A stretch of DNA of 64,000 bases from Flectonema sp. DT1601 (taxonomy: Eukaryota), in the NCBI GenBank assembly GCA_964019425.1, contig OZ025798.1, positions 248,001 to 312,000 of the forward strand, read 5' to 3'. The stretch's first letter is position 1, and every line of letters starts with the position of its first letter. Both the position numbers and the translations under genes were made by a program. Under the pieces are notes generated by a model. That model saw only the letters and a program-made list of their open reading frames with translations, was not told where the DNA came from and did not search any database. Shown piece by piece: positions 13,779-29,217 of the stretch.

Positions 13779-15086
13779 TCACTTGGAAATCAGGTGGTTT
13801 GGTATACAGATCGCATCTCCGGCACCAGTTCCATTCTCAAAGTAGCATCCGTAACCAGATCCCATCAACCTTTTGGTGTCGTCAGCACCTCTTGCCGAAT
13901 CCCAGACGCCCATTAAACCACAAATTACTATAGCACAATTAGTCACTGTTTCCGCGTCTGCTAGTGTCCATCCCTGATTGCAGCTCGATGATTGCCTGAC
14001 GATTGTCAAATATAAGCAAGGAACCGATGGTGGTGGAGTAGGTGCTGGTGGTGGAGGAGTAGGTGCTGGAACTGGAGTTGTGTTGTTTGGCATACAGATC
14101 ATGTCTGTGGCACCAATTCCATCCTCAACAAAGCATCCGTAACCAGATCCCACCAACCTTTTGTCCCCGTCAGCACCTCTTGCCGTATCATAGGTGCCCA
14201 TTATACTACAAATTATTCCAGAACACCTATTTATTGTGTCCGAATCTGCTGGTGTCCATCCCGAATTGCAGCTCGATGAAAAAGTGTTGACCGTCAGAGA
14301 AGAGCAAGATACCGATGGTGGTGGAGTAGGTACTGACGGTGGTGGAGTAGGTGCTGGAACTGCAGTTGTGTTGTTTGGCATACAGATCATGTCTGTGGCA
14401 CCACTTCCATCCTCAACAATACATCCGTAACCAGGTCCCACCAATCTTTTGGTATTGTCAGCACCTCTTGCCACACCCCAGTTGTCCATTTTACCACAAA
14501 TTGTTGCAACACAATTACTCATTATTTCCGTGTCTACTGGTGTCCATCCCAGATTGCAGCTCGATGATTGCCTGACGATTGACAGCGAATAGCAAGGTAC
14601 CGATGGTGGCGGAGTAGGTGCTGGTGGTGGCGGTGTTGGTGCTGGAACTGGAGTTGTGTTGTTTGGCATACAGATCAAGTCTCTGGCACCACCACTCGCA
14701 ACATAGCATCCGAAACTAGATCCCATTAACATTCTGGTACTGTCAGCACCTCTTGCCGTACCCCAGCTACCCATTAAACCACAAATTGTTGCAGCACACA
14801 TATTTATTGTTTCCGTGTCTGCTGGTTTCATTCCCGAATTGCAGCTCAATGATTGCCTGACGATACTCAGTGAGCTGCAATCAAAAGCAGTCTGTTTGTA
14901 TTTTAATAACACCCGACAATACCGATACTAAATTCAGACTGTTAGTTGGTACGAAACTCTTGTTGTACAAACTAACTAAGTAACCCTTCCACACAACAAC
15001 AAATCATTTCAATAAGGAAGGGAATGATGAAATAATAAACATACCGAAGACGCAAACAAACCGATAACAACAACAAAAGTCTTCAT
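13779..15086 (-). CDS. Secreted tandem APT-like lectin, 4 divergent domains (type E); exons 15086-15045, 14891-13779
   Basis: Same structure. Confidence 0.85.
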
Positions 15087-16913
15087 CTTATTTATTTACT
15101 GTCATCAGGAGGTAAAAAAGATACTCAAGGAAGAACAAAGGCAACATGCAACTATAAATAGGGTTGCTTCACATAACTACTCACTTTAAATAGGAATCCA
15201 CGTCGGTCAATACTATAAATACCATTTTCAGGAATCAGGAGGGGAGGAAGTGAGTACAGCCTAATTGAAGCAAAGCTTCTGATGATTGAAATACTATTAC
15301 CACCACCACCTGTTATTTTAGGAATTTAATCAGAATGAAAATAAAAAGTTACAACAAGAAAAAGAATTCAGCCAAACTTAACTTTCCTTTTACTTTCTTA
15401 CTCATTCATTTTGTGTGCCATCCAGTAGCCTGTGAAAGGAATAGGTTAGGTTAAGTTAAACTGTCACAATTCTCTTTCTACTGAACAGGTTTATCTGTAC
15501 AAGAAGAAAAAAAAAGGGAGGAAAAAAAGGAAACAAGAATAGAATGTGTTTCCAGAATTTGAAAAAGAAGATAGAGAAAACATTAAATAAATCTTTCTGC
15601 TGTTCTGTTTCTTCAAAAGCAAGGGAGATGCTGTCTTGTCCTACTCAACAAAGGGACAGCTTAACTTAGTTGGTGTTTGTAAGTTAGTATATGAGATCAC
15701 TAAGATAATGTATTAAATCAAAATATATATAAAAAAGGAAAGCCCTCGCAACACATTGTTCTGCTGTTCCGTAAAACACTTGTGGTGGAATACCTAGTTT
15801 CAGGTCTTAATCTTATACTTGGTAACTTGGAAAGAAAAAAGAAAATAATCCGTTTTACTTTGGGATTTTCGTTTTTTTCTCCTTTTAAAGAGGTACAAGT
15901 CCAGCTTTCCGCCTCGCCTAGCTTATTAGACTATCGAACAAAATTAATAAAATATTAAATAGAAATAAAAAAATAAAATAAATAAAAAATCAATAAAATT
16001 AAAACAGGATAAAATAGTTACCCTGATAATATACTAAAGCACTCGCAGAGCATTAAATATTAACGCTAGGTTGGTAGCTCAACGTTATCGATCGAAACAA
16101 TAATGAGAGGAATAGAGAGGAAAGGTACGCTATTAAGATATTAAATTCATTTTATCAGAACTACAACACAGAATGTCACAACAGTGAAATTCCAAATGTT
16201 ACTGAAAGGCAGGAACTCAACACAAACATTTCCGTAACGGACAGCACATGCGAGAGTTTCCGACATAGACAGCAAAAAAAAAAAAAAAAAATCGGCCTGT
16301 CTACTCATCGCGTTCGCACTTCTTAGCAAACAGACCACGTCAATATGGTTTTATCTTTTACCATTTAACACGTTATTTTACCCAACGTTACTATGATGAG
16401 GGCTCCAGGAGGGTAACTCACAGCAACAGAGGGCCTCATCCGTAACAGTTTCCGAAGACTCCGTATGGATTGTTGAATTAGCTTCAGCTGAAGGGATGTA
16501 ATTTATCTTATATGATTAATGGACACCTACCTTCAGCTTTCCACTTTGCCTAGGTTATTAAACCCAATTAATAAAAATATAAAAATAAAAATACATAAAA
16601 AAATACACACGTGTGACACACAAAAAATTCTTAGAGCATTAAAAATTAATCGAACCACACTGGATCGATCCGAGTAACTTCAGAAGACATAATCTTCTCC
16701 AGCAGGTATGAATTAAAATAGTTTGCACTCTAAAAAAATAAATAAATATTACATGTTTGAACGCTTCAAGGGGAAAAACAATAATGAATTACTACTACCT
16801 AAAGCGTCTAACACGAGATCGAAAAAAAAACAACGAAGGCCGATTCTGCCAACTTAGCATCCCAAATTATCGACGGGAAAGTATTGTCGACAACTTGGGC
16901 CGCAAAATTGAAC

Positions 16914-17080
16914 TTGGCTTTAACTTAAACTAAACAAAAAAAAAAAAAACACAAACAAGTATCATATTATTACTATTTTGCACGAAACCGAGTAAACCAA
17001 CTAAAACTGATTAAGCTAAAGGAGGTTAAGGTGTGCTGCTAACATTCTTTTTTCGTTCTTACAATACTTGTTAAATGCAA
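16914..17080 (-). mobile_element. Short YR-element derivative, copy 2
   Basis: Near-identical to 6852-7018, in the same duplicated spacer context. Confidence 0.85.
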
Positions 17081-17443
17081 AAAGAAATTATCAAATATCT
17101 GCTGCTCACAAGATTACCAAAGTAAAAATTTCTCCATGATCAGGAATTATTCTTGTACGAGGATAATCTTGTGAAATTAAGATTTTGAAAAGTGTGTAAA
17201 AGAAATTACTCATAAGACAACAATGCCCTTTATTCTTAAAATTTTTCGCTTTATTTTCGAATTCCTTCAAACGAGTTCCCCAAAACAAGTATGAAGAAAT
17301 CCGCTAAAAACATTCAAAACGGATTGGTTAATAAATTTAAACTAGGAACTATGATCGTACTTCAATGATTCACTGTTACCTAACTAAACTTATCGCTATT
17401 GATCGCAACAATGATGAGAGGAATAGAGAGGAAAGGCAGGCTA

Positions 17444-18793
17444 TTAAGGCAATAAATTGATTTTATCAGAATGCCACAACAGTGAAGTTTTCTGCTTAGA
17501 AATCAGGTGGCTTGGCATACAGATCATGTCTCCGGCACCAGTTCCATCCTCAACATAGCATCCGTAACCATGTCCCATCAACCTTTTGTTCCCGTCAGCA
17601 CCTCTTGCCAAATCCCAAGTGTTCATCATATTACAAATTGTTGTAGCACAATTCATCATTGTTTCCGTGTCTGCAGGTTTCATTCCCGAATTGCAACTCG
17701 ATGATTGCCTGATGATTGACAGCGAAGAGCAAGGTACCGATGGTGGTGGAGTAGGTGCTGGTGGTGGTGGAGTAGGTGCTGGAACTGGAGTTGTGTTGTT
17801 TGGCATACAGATCATGTCTCCGGCACCAGTTCCATCCTCAACATAGCATCCGTAACCATGTCCCATCAACCTTTTGTCCCCGTCAGCACCTCTTGCCAAA
17901 TCCCAAGTGTTCATCATATTACAAATTGTTGTAGCACAATTCATCATTGTTTCCGTGTCTGCAGGTTTCATTCCCGAATTGCAGCTCGATGATTGCCTGA
18001 TGATTGACAGCGAAGAGCAAGGTACTGATGGTGGTGGAGTAGGTGCTGGTGGTGGTGGAGTAGGTGCTGGAACTGGAGTTGTGTTGTTTGGCATACAGAT
18101 CATGTCTCCGGCCCCGGTTCCATCCTCAACATAGCATCCGTAACCATGTCCCATCAACCTTTTGTTCCCGTCAGCACCTCTTGCCAAATCCCAGGTGTTC
18201 ATCATATTACAAATTGTTGTAGCACAATTCATCATTGTTTCCGTGTCTGCTGGTTTCATTCCCGAATTGCAGCTCGATGATTGCCTGATGATTGACAGCG
18301 AAGAGCAAAGTACCGATGGTGGCGGAGTAGGTGCTGGTGGTGGTGGTGTTGGTGCTGGAACTGGAGTTGTGTTATTTGGCATACAGATCATGTCTCCGGC
18401 ACCAGTTCCATCCTCAACAAAGCATCCGTAACCATGTCCCATTAATCTTTTGTCCCCGTCAGCACCTCTTGCCAAATCCCAGGTGTTCATCATATTACAA
18501 ATTGTTGTAGCACAATTCATCATTGTTTCCGTGTCTGCTGGTTTCATTCCCGAATTGCAGCTCGATGATTGCCTGACGATACTCAGTGAGCTGCAATCAA
18601 AAGCAGTCTGTTTGTATTTTAATAACACCCGATACTAAATTCAGACTGTTAGTTGGTACGAAACTCTTGTTGTACAAACTAACTAAGTAACCCTTCCACA
18701 CAACAACAAATCATTTCAATAAGGAAGGGAATGATGAAATAATAAACATACCGAAGACACAAACAAACCGATAACAACAACAAAAGTCTTCAT
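17444..18793 (-). CDS. Secreted tandem APT-like lectin, 4 domains (type C); exons 18793-18752, 18607-17444
   Basis: Same structure; 9-nt deletion inside the intron; A>V in the signal peptide. Confidence 0.85.
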
Positions 18794-19663
18794 CTTATTT
18801 ATTTACTGTCATCAGGAGGTAAAAAAAGATACTCAAGGAAGAACAAAGGCAACATGCAACTATAAATAGGGTTGCTTCACATAACTACTCACTTTAAATA
18901 GGAATCCACGTCGGTCAATACTATAAATACCATTAACTTGCTGTCAAGGCGTAGGCCACGTGCTTCAGGTTGAACAGAATCAGGAGGGGAGGAAGTGAGT
19001 ACAGAGTACAATACCACGTGCTTCAGGTTGAACAATCCACTGTTATAAAACAGCTTGTTTGTTTGTTTGTTTGTTCTTTTTTTCTAACAGTAAGCAGAAA
19101 GAACAATCTTCTCTTTCGCAATAGTACTGACCTTAAAGAACAAGAATGATTCCGGCAAAATGTCAGATCACAACACAAAAGTTTCCGAAACAGACAGCAA
19201 AAAAAAAGAAAATTCAAGAAGCATTTTTCTAAGTGACGCTGGTTGTCACTTAAAATCAGCCACACAGAATAATTTTGGATTTGAATTCGCTTGGCTTTTG
19301 AGTCCTGGTGCGGAACTTTTTTTAAAATTTAAAAACCCTTGAATTCCTTTTTTTCTCCCATTTTTTTCATTAAATGGGAAATAAAGTTGGATATAAAAAA
19401 AATAGCGCTTTAATTCTGTTTAATTTTGCAATTCCCCTTTGAAAAGAATACAGGTATGAAGAAATATGATTCAAGTCCCTAAAGATATTCTGCCAAAGAT
19501 TATTCGTTACTCAGGTGAAACTGATGCACCCTTTTCACCAACAAAACTTATCGCTATTGATCGAAACAATGATGAGAGGAATAGAGAGGAAAGGCACGCT
19601 ATTAAGATATTAAATTGATTTTATCAGAACTGCAACACAGAATGTCACAACAGTGAAGTTCTC

Positions 19664-20665
19664 TCACTTGGAAATCACGTGGTTTGGCATACAGATCATG
19701 TCTGTGGCACCAAATTCATCCTCAACATAGCATCCGTAACCAGAACCCATCAACCTTTTAGTATCGTCAGCACCTCTTGCCATATCCCAGGTGTCCATTA
19801 AACCACAAATTGTTGCAGCACACTTAGTCATTGTTTCCGTGTCTGCTGGTTTCATTCCCCAACTGCAGATCGATGATTGCCTGACGATTGACAGCGAAGA
19901 GCAAGGTACCGATGGTGGCGGAGTAGGTGCTGGTGGTGGTTGAGTAGGTGCTGGAACTGGAGTTGTGTTGTTCGACATACAGATGATACTTCCCGCACCA
20001 CTTCCATTCTCAACAATGCATCCGTAACCCAATCCCATAAATCGTTTGCTAGGGTCAGCACCTCTTGCCATATCCCAGGTGCCCATCAAATCACAAATAG
20101 TTCTCGAACAAGCAGTCATGGTGTCCGTGTCTGCTGGCCTCAATCCCGAATCGCACACCATCGAATGCTGCTTAACCATCACGTGGGAGCAATTTGGAGC
20201 TGGTGGTGTTGGAGTTGGAGTTGGAGTTGGGGTTGGTACCGGTGGAGGTGTTGGAGGGTGGCTTGGCATACAGATCATGTCTGTGGCACCAAATTCATTA
20301 TCCTCAACATAGCATCCGTAACCAGAACCCATCAATCTTTTGCCCCCGTCAGCACCTCTTGCCATATCCCAGGTGTCCATTAAACCACAAATTGTTGTAG
20401 CACAATTCATCATTGTTTCCGTGACTGCTGGTGTCCATCCCAAATTGCAGCTCGATGATTGCCTGACGATACTCAGTGAGCTGCAATCAAAAGCAGTCTG
20501 TTTGTATTTTAATAACACCCGACAATACCGATACTAAATTCAGACTGTTAGTTGGTACGAAACTCTTGTTGTCAATAACAAATCATTTCAATAAGGAAGG
20601 GAATGATGAAATAATAAACATACCGAAGACGCAAACAAACCGATAACAACAACAAAAGTTTTCAT
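19664..20665 (-). CDS. Secreted tandem APT-like lectin, 3 domains (type F); exons 20665-20624, 20497-19664
   Basis: Intron 27 nt shorter but splice sites kept; synonymous AAG>AAA in exon 1; (PT)n linker. Confidence 0.85.
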
Positions 20666-22261
20666 CTTATTTATTTACTGTCATCAGGAGGTAAAAAAGA
20701 TACTCAAGGAAGAACTAAGTAACCTTAAACAGGAATCCATTTCAGTACTGGGGCAACATAAACAAAAATGGTTACGTGCTAAAATTAAAATCCTCTTCTT
20801 CAGCGAAGAAAGTACGGGAGACACTGCGGTGTCAGACTTGTTTACTTTAATGAAAAAGTCCAAACTTCGAATTCCCGTGCCAAAAGTTGCTGAAATATCG
20901 GATCTCAACAAAAACGTTTCTAAAATGGACAGCTACACGCACACGAAAGTATTCGGGATGCATGCAGAGAAAAAGAAGAATAAAATCTGTTTTATTTTTG
21001 GAATTCTATACTAGTTTGAAGAAATGATTAAAATCCCTTAAAAATATTCAAAAAAAAGAAAATAATTCGTTACTCAGGTAACAATTCACTGTTGATCAAC
21101 AAGAACTATCAATCGAAGTAATGATGAGAGGAATAGAGATAGAGGAATGGAACGTTATTCAGAGTTCAAATACAGTCATCAGAACGGAAGCACAGATCAT
21201 GTGAATGAGCGAAGTGACAAATGTTACTTCACTTCTAAACAAACAGACCACGTCAAAAAGGATTTATCTTTTACTATTTAACACACAGTCCAGTAGTTAT
21301 TTTATCCAACGTTACTATGATGAGGGCTCCAGGAGGGTAACTCACAGCAACAGAGGGCCTCATCCGTAACAGTTTCAGAAGACTCCGTATGGATTGTTGA
21401 ATTAGCTTCAGCTGAAGGGATGTAATTTATCTTATATGATTAATGGACACCCATCTTCAGCTTTCCACTTTGCCTAGGTTATTAAATTACTGAACTTGAA
21501 CGAAATACTTAAAAAATAAAAGTTAAAAACACTACACACTCGTGACAAACTAAAAACTCATAGAGCATCAAACATCAATGCTAAATTAGAAGCCCTCTTC
21601 TTCAATCGAACCACACTGGATCGATCCGAGTAACTTCAGAAGACATAATCTCCTCCAGGAATGAACCAAAGTAGTTTGCATTTTAACAAACACAAAAAAT
21701 ACACATCATATATCTTTGAAATGAACAATTACAACAATGGATATTGCTACCCAAAGCGCCCGACACGAGTCTTGCTCATATCGAAAACAATAGCGAAGGC
21801 CGAGCAGATTGTGAGAACTTGGGCTGCAAATAAAAAGATCACAAGATTACTAAAGGAAACTCCCAGTAGATAACAGTATTTCCTTGATCAGGAATTCTTC
21901 TTGCTGGAGGAAACTCTTGTGAAATTAAGCTTTTTGAAAGTATGCGAAAAGAATTACTCATAAGACAACAATGCCCTTTATTCTTAACGGTTTCCGCTTT
22001 TTATTCGAATTCCTTCAAACGGGTCCCGCATACAAATATAAAGAAATCCACTAATAACATTCAAAATGTATAATATTAATTGGTTAATAAATTTAAACCA
22101 GGAACTATGATCATGCTTCAATGATTCACTGTTACCTAACTAAACTTATCGCTATTGATCGAAACAATAATGAGAGGAATAGAGAGGAAAGGTACGTAAT
22201 CAAGACATTAAATTGATTTTATCAGAACTACAACACAGAATGTCACAACAGTGAAGTTCTC

Positions 22262-23257
22262 TCACTTGGAAATCAGGTGGTTTGGTATACAGATCACGTT
22301 TCCGACACCAGTTCCATTCTCAACATAGCATCCGTAACCAGGTCCCATCAACCTTTTGGTACCGTCAGCACCTCTTGCCATATCCCAGGTGTCCATTAAA
22401 CCACAAATTGTCGCGGCACAAGTAATCATTGTTTCCGTGTCGGCTGGTGTCCATCCCAAATTGCAGCTCGATGATTGCCTGATGATTGTCAGAGAAGAGC
22501 AAGGTACCGATGGTGGTGGAGTAGGTGCTGGAACTGGAGTTGTGTTGTTTGGCATACAGATTATGTCTGCGGCACCACCACTCTCAACATAGCATCCGTA
22601 ACCAGGTCCCACCAACCTTTTGGTAAGGTCAGCACCTCTTGCCATATCCCAGGTGTCCATTAAACCACAAATTGTCGCGGCACAATTACTCATTGTTTCC
22701 GTGTTTGCAGGGTTCATTCCCGAATTGCAGCTCGATGATTCTCTGATGATTGACAGCGAAGAGCAAGGTACTGACGGTGGTGGAGTAGGTGCTGGTGGTG
22801 GTGGAGTAGGTGCTGGAACTGGAGTTGTGTTGTTTGGCATACAGATTATGTCTGCGGCACCACCACTCTCAACATAGCATCCGTAACCAGGTCCCAACAA
22901 CCTTTTGGTACCGTCAGCACCTCTTGCCATATCCCAGGTGTCCATTAAACCACAAATTGTTGCGGCACAATTAGTCATTGTTTCCGTGTCTGCTGGTTTC
23001 ATTCCCGAATTGCAGCTCGATGATTGCCTGACGATACTCAGTGAGCTGCAATTAAAAGCAGTCTGTTTGTATTTTAATAACACCCGACAATACCGATACT
23101 AAATTCAGACTGTTAGTTGGTACGAAACTCTTGTTGTACAAACTAACTAAGTAACCCTTCCACACAATAACAAATCATTTAAATAAGGAAGGGAATGATG
23201 AAATAATAAACATACCGAAGACGCAAACAAACCGATAACAACAACAAAAGTCTTCAT
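22262..23257 (-). CDS. Secreted tandem APT-like lectin, 3 domains (type D); exons 23257-23216, 23062-22262
   Basis: Almost identical to 11180-12175. Confidence 0.85.
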
Positions 23258-25467
23258 CTTATTTATTTACTGTCATCAGGAGGTAAAAAAAGATACTCAA
23301 GGAAGAACAAAGGCAACATGCAACTATAAATAGGGTTGCTTCACATAACTACTCACTTTAAATAGGAATCCACGTCGGTCAATACTATAAATACCATTAA
23401 CTTGCTGTCAAGGCGTAGGCCACGTGCTTCAGGTTGAACAGAATCAGGAGGGGAGGAGGTGAGTGCAGCCTAATTGAAGCAAAGATTCTGATGATTAAAA
23501 TACTATTACCACCACCACCTGTTATTTTAGGAATTTAATCAGAATGAAAATAAAAAGTTACAACAAGAAAAAGAATTCAGCCAAACTTAACTTTCCTTTT
23601 ACTTTCCTACTCATTCATTTTGTGTGCCATCCAGTAGCCTGTGAAAGGAATAGGTTAGGTTAAGTTAAACTGTCACAATTCTCTTTCTTCTGAACAGGTT
23701 TATCTGTACAAGAAGAAAAAAAAAGGGAGGAAAAAAAGGAAACAAGAAAAGAATGTGTTTCCAGCATTTGAAAAAGAAGATAGAGAAAACATTAAATAAA
23801 TCTTTCTGCTGTTCTGTTTCTTCAAAAGCAAGGGAGATGCCGTCTTGTCCTACTCAACAAAGGGACAGCTTAACTTAGTTGGTGTTAGTTAGTATATGAG
23901 ATCACTAAGATAATGTATTAAATCAAAATATATATAAAAAAGGAAAGCCCTCGCAACACATTGTTCTGCTGTTCCGTAAAACACTTGTGGTGGAATACCT
24001 AGTTTCAGGTCTTAATCTTATACTATACTTGGTAAGTTGGTAGTATTTAGAATATGAGATACTGTTAATAGTATAATACAGTCAATCAAAAAAACAATAG
24101 AACGCAACAATTCGTAGGACAACAAACAAATAATGGTTGGTTGAGCTTAAATTAACTTCCTCAATCCTCTTCAGCGAAGAAAGTACGGGGGAACACTGCG
24201 GTGTCAAGCCTGTCTACTTTAATGAACAAGGCTAAACTTCGAATTCCCGTGCCAAATGTTAATGAAATATCGGATCTCAACACAAACGTTTCTGAAATGG
24301 ACAGCTCCACACACGAAAGTATTCGAAATGGATGCAAAGAAAAAAGAAAAAGGAAAAAAATCTGTTTTCCTTTGGGATTATTGTTTTAAAGAGGAACAAG
24401 TATGAAGAAGTGATCCAAATCCCTTAAAAATATTCAAAACAGAATATAATTCGTTAGTCAGGTGACGATTCACTGAAGACCAACAATATTGAATCGAAAC
24501 AACGATGAGGAATAGAGAGGAAAGCTGTGCTATTAAGACATTAATTTGATTTTATCAGAACTGCAACACAGAACGTCACAACAGTGAAGTGTCAAATGTT
24601 ACTGAAATGTCGGATTACAACACAAACGATTCCGGTAGAGAAATAAATAAAAAAGAAATCCGCTGGTCTACTCAGCGCCTTCGCCCTTCTCAGCAAACAG
24701 ACCACGCCAATATGGTTATTTGCCTGATAGCTTATTAGACCATTGAACTGATAAAAATATAAAAACCAAAATAAAAAAGAAACACACAAACTAAAAAATC
24801 GTAGAACATCAAACATTAATCACACTGGATCAAACTTCAGAAGACTTAATCTCCTCCAGCAATGAATTAAAGTAGTTTGAACTTTAACAAACACATAAAA
24901 AATACACATCATATATCTTTGAAATGAACAATTACAGCAATGAATGTCACTACTACCCAAAGCGCCCGACACGAGTCTTACTCATATCGAAAACAATAGC
25001 GAAGGCCGAGCAGATTGTGAGAACTTGGGCTGCAAATAAAAAGATCACAAGATTACTAAAAGAAACTCCCAGTAGATAACAGTATTTCCTTGATCAGGAA
25101 TTCTTCTTGCTCGAGGAAACTCTTGTGAAATTAAGTTTTTTGAAAGTTTACGAAAGAAACTACTCATAAGACAACAATGCCCTTTATTCTTAAAGGTTTC
25201 CGCTTTTTATTCGAATTCCTTCAAACGGGTCCCGCATACAAATATAAAGAAATCCACTAACAACATTCAAAATGTATAATATTAATTGGTTAATAAATTT
25301 AAACTAGGAACTATGATCATGCTTCAATGATTCACTGTTACCTAACTAAACTTATCGCTATTGATCGAAACAATAATGAGACGAATAGAGAGGAAAGGCA
25401 CGCTATTAAGGCAATAAATTGATTTTATCAGAACTACAACACAGAATGTCACAACAGTGAAGTTCTC

Positions 25468-27042
25468 TCACTTGGAAATCAGGTGGTTTGGTATACAGAT
25501 CGCATCTCCGGCACCAGTTCCATTCTCAAAGTAGCATCCGTAACCAGATCCCATCAACCTTTTGGTGTCGTCAGCACCTCTTGCCGAATCCCAGACGCCC
25601 ATTAAACCACAAATTACTATAGCACAATTAGTCACTGTTTCCGCGTCTGCTAGTGTCCATCCCTGATTGCAGCTCGATGATTGCCTGACGATTGTCAAAT
25701 ATAAGCAAGGAACCGATGGTGGTGGAGTAGGTGCTGGTGGTGGAGGAGTAGGTGCTGGAACTGGAGTTGTGTTGTTTGGCATACAGATCATGTCTGTGGC
25801 ACCAATTCCATCCTCAACAAAGCATCCGTAACCAGATCCCACCAACCTTTTGTCCCCGTCAGCACCTCTTGCCGTATCATAGGTGCCCATTATACTACAA
25901 ATTATTCCAGAACACCTATTTATTGTGTCCGAATCTGCTGGTGTCCATCCCGAATTGCAGCTCGATGAAAAAGTGTTGACTGTCAGAGAAGAGCAAGGTA
26001 CCGATGGTGGTGGAGTAGGTACTGACGGTGGTGGAGTAGGTGCTGGAACTGCAGTTGTGTTGTTTGGCATACAGATCATGTCTGTGGCACCACTTCCATC
26101 CTCAACAAAGCATCCGTAACCAGATCCCACCAACCTTTTGGTATCGTCAGCACCTCTTGCCGTATCATAGGTGCCCATTATACTACAAATTATTCCAGAA
26201 CACCTATTTATTGTGTCCGAATCTGCTGGTGTCCATCCCGAATTGCAGCTCGATGAAAAAGTGTTGACTGTCAGAGAAGAGCAAGATACCGATGGTGGTG
26301 GAGTAGGTGCTGGAACTGCAGTTGTGTTGTTTGGCATACAGATCATGTCTGTGGCACCACTTCCATCCTCAACAATACATCCGTAACCAGGTCCCACCAA
26401 TCTTTTGGTATTGTCAGCACCTCTTGCCACACCCCAGTTGTCCATTTTACCACAAATTGTTGCAACACAATTACTCATTGTTTCCGTGTCTACTGGTGTC
26501 CATCCCAGATTGCAGCTCGATGATTGCCTGACGATTGACAGCGAATAGCAAGGTACCGATGGTGGCGGAGTAGGTGCTGGTGGTGGCGGTGTTGGTGCTG
26601 GAACTGGAGTTGTGTTGTTTGGCATACAGATCATGTCTCTGGCACCACCACTCGCAACATAGCATCCGAAACTAGATCCCATTAACATTCTGGTACTGTC
26701 AGCACCTCTTGCCGTACCCCAGCTACCCATTAAACCACAAATTGTTGCAGCACACATATTTATTGTGTCCGTGTCTGCTGGTTTCATTCCCGAATTGCAG
26801 CTCGATGATTGCCTGACGATACTCAGTGAGCTGCAATCAAAAGCAGTCTGTTTGTATTTTAATAACACCCGACAATACCGATACTAAATTCAGACTGTTA
26901 GTTGGTACGAAACTCTTGTTGTACAAACTAACTAAGTAACCCTTCCACACAATAACAAATCATTTCAATAAGGAAGGGAATGATGAAATAATAAACATAC
27001 CGAAGACGCAAACAAACCGATAACAACAACAAAAGTCTTCAT
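25468..27042 (-). CDS. Secreted tandem APT-like lectin, 5 domains (type E, third domain duplicated); exons 27042-27001, 26847-25468
   Basis: Same structure. Confidence 0.85.
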
Positions 27043-29217
27043 CTTATTTATTTACTGTCATCAGGAGGTAAAAAAAGATACTCAAGGAAGAACAAAAGCA
27101 ACATGCAACTATAAATAGGGTTGCTTCACATAACTACTCACTTTAAATAGGAATCCACTTCGGTCAATACTATAAATACCATTTTCAGGAATCAGGAGGG
27201 GAGGAAGTGAGTACAGCCTAATTGAAGCAAAGCTTCTGATGATTGAAATACTATTACCACCACCACCTGTTATTTTAGGAATTTAATCAGAATGAAAATA
27301 AAAAGTTACAGCAAGAAAAAGAATCAGCCAACCTTAACTTTCCTTTTACTTTCCTACTCATTCATTTTGTGTGCCATCCAGTAGCCTGTGAAAGGAATAA
27401 GTTAGGTTAAGTTACACTGTCACAATTCTCTTTCTTCTGAACAGGTTTATCTGTACAAGAAGAAAAAAAAAAAGGGAAGGAAAAAAAAGGAAACAAGAAA
27501 AGAATGTGTTTCCAGCATTTGAAAAAGAAGATAGAGAAAAAATTAAATAAATCTTTCTGCTGTTCTGTTTCTTCAAAAGTAAGGGAGATGCTGTCTTGCC
27601 CTACTCAACAAAGGGACAGCTTAACTTAGTTGGTGTCTGTAAGTTAGTATATGAGATCACTAAGATAATGTATTAAATCAAAATATATATAAAAAAGGAA
27701 AGCCCTCGCAACACATTGTTCTGCTGTTCCGTAAAACACTTGTGGTGGAATACCTAGTTTCAGGTCTTAATCTTATACTATACTTGGTAAGTTGGTAGTA
27801 TTTAGAATATGAGATACTGTTAATAGTTATCAGTCAATCAAAAAAACAATAGAACGCAACAATTCGTAGGACAACAAACAAATAATGGTTGGTTGGGCTT
27901 AAATCAACTTCCCCAGTCTTCTTCAGCGAAGAAAGTACGGGGGAACACTGCGGTGTCAAGCCTGTCTACTTTAATGAACAAGGCTAAACTTTGAATTCCC
28001 GTGCCAAATGTTAATGAAATATCGGATCTCAACACAAACGTTTCTGAAATGGACAGCTCCACAAACGAAAGTATTCGAAATGGATGCAAAGAAAAAAGAA
28101 AAAGGAAAAAAATCTGTTTTCCTTTGGGATTATTGTTTTAAAGAGGAACAAGTATGAAGAAGTGATCCAAATCCCTTAAAAATATTCAAAACAGAATATA
28201 ATTCGTTAGTCAGGTGACGATTCACTGAAGACCAACAATATTGAATCGAAACAACGATGAGAGGAATAGAGAGGAAAGCTGTGCTATTAAGACATTAATT
28301 TGATTTTATCAGAACTGCAACACAGAACGTCACAACAGTGAAGTGTCAAATGTTACTGAAATGTCGGATTACAACACAAACGATTCCGGAAGAGAAATTA
28401 ATAAAAAAGAAATTCGCTGGTCTACTCAGCGCCTTCGCCCTTCTCAGCAAACAGACCACGCCAATATGGTTATTTGCCTGATAGCTTATTAAACCATTGA
28501 ACTGATAAAAATATAAAAACCAAAATAAAAAGAAACACACAAACTAAAAAATCGTAGAACATCAAACATTAATCACACTGGATCAAACTTCAGAAGACTT
28601 AATCTCCTCCAGCAATGAATTAAAGTAGTTTGAACTTTAACAAACACATAAAAAATACACATCATATATCTTTGAAATGAACAATTACAGCAATGAATGT
28701 CACTACTACCCAAAGCGTCCGACACGAGTCTTACTCATATCGAAAACAATAGCGAAGGCCGAGCAGATTGTGAGAACTTGGGCTGCAAATAAAAAGATCA
28801 CAAGATTACTAAAGGAAACTCCCAGTAGATAACAGTATTTCCTTGATCAGGAATTCTTCTTGCTGGAAGAAACTCTTGTGAAATTAAGTTCCTTGAAAGT
28901 ATGCGATAGAAACTACTCATAAGACAACAATGCCCTTTATTCTTATAGGTTTCCGCTTTTTATTCGAATTCCTTCAAACGGGTCCCGCATACAAATATAA
29001 AGAAATCCACTAACAACATTCAAAATGTATAATATTAATTGGTTAATGAATTTAAACTAGGAACTATGATCATGCTTCAATGATTCACTGTTACCTAACT
29101 AAACTTATCGCTATTGATCGAAACAGTAATGAGACGAATAGAGAGGAAAGGCAGGCTATTAAGATATTAAATTGATTTCATCAGAACAACACAGAATGTC
29201 ACAACAGTGAAGTTCTC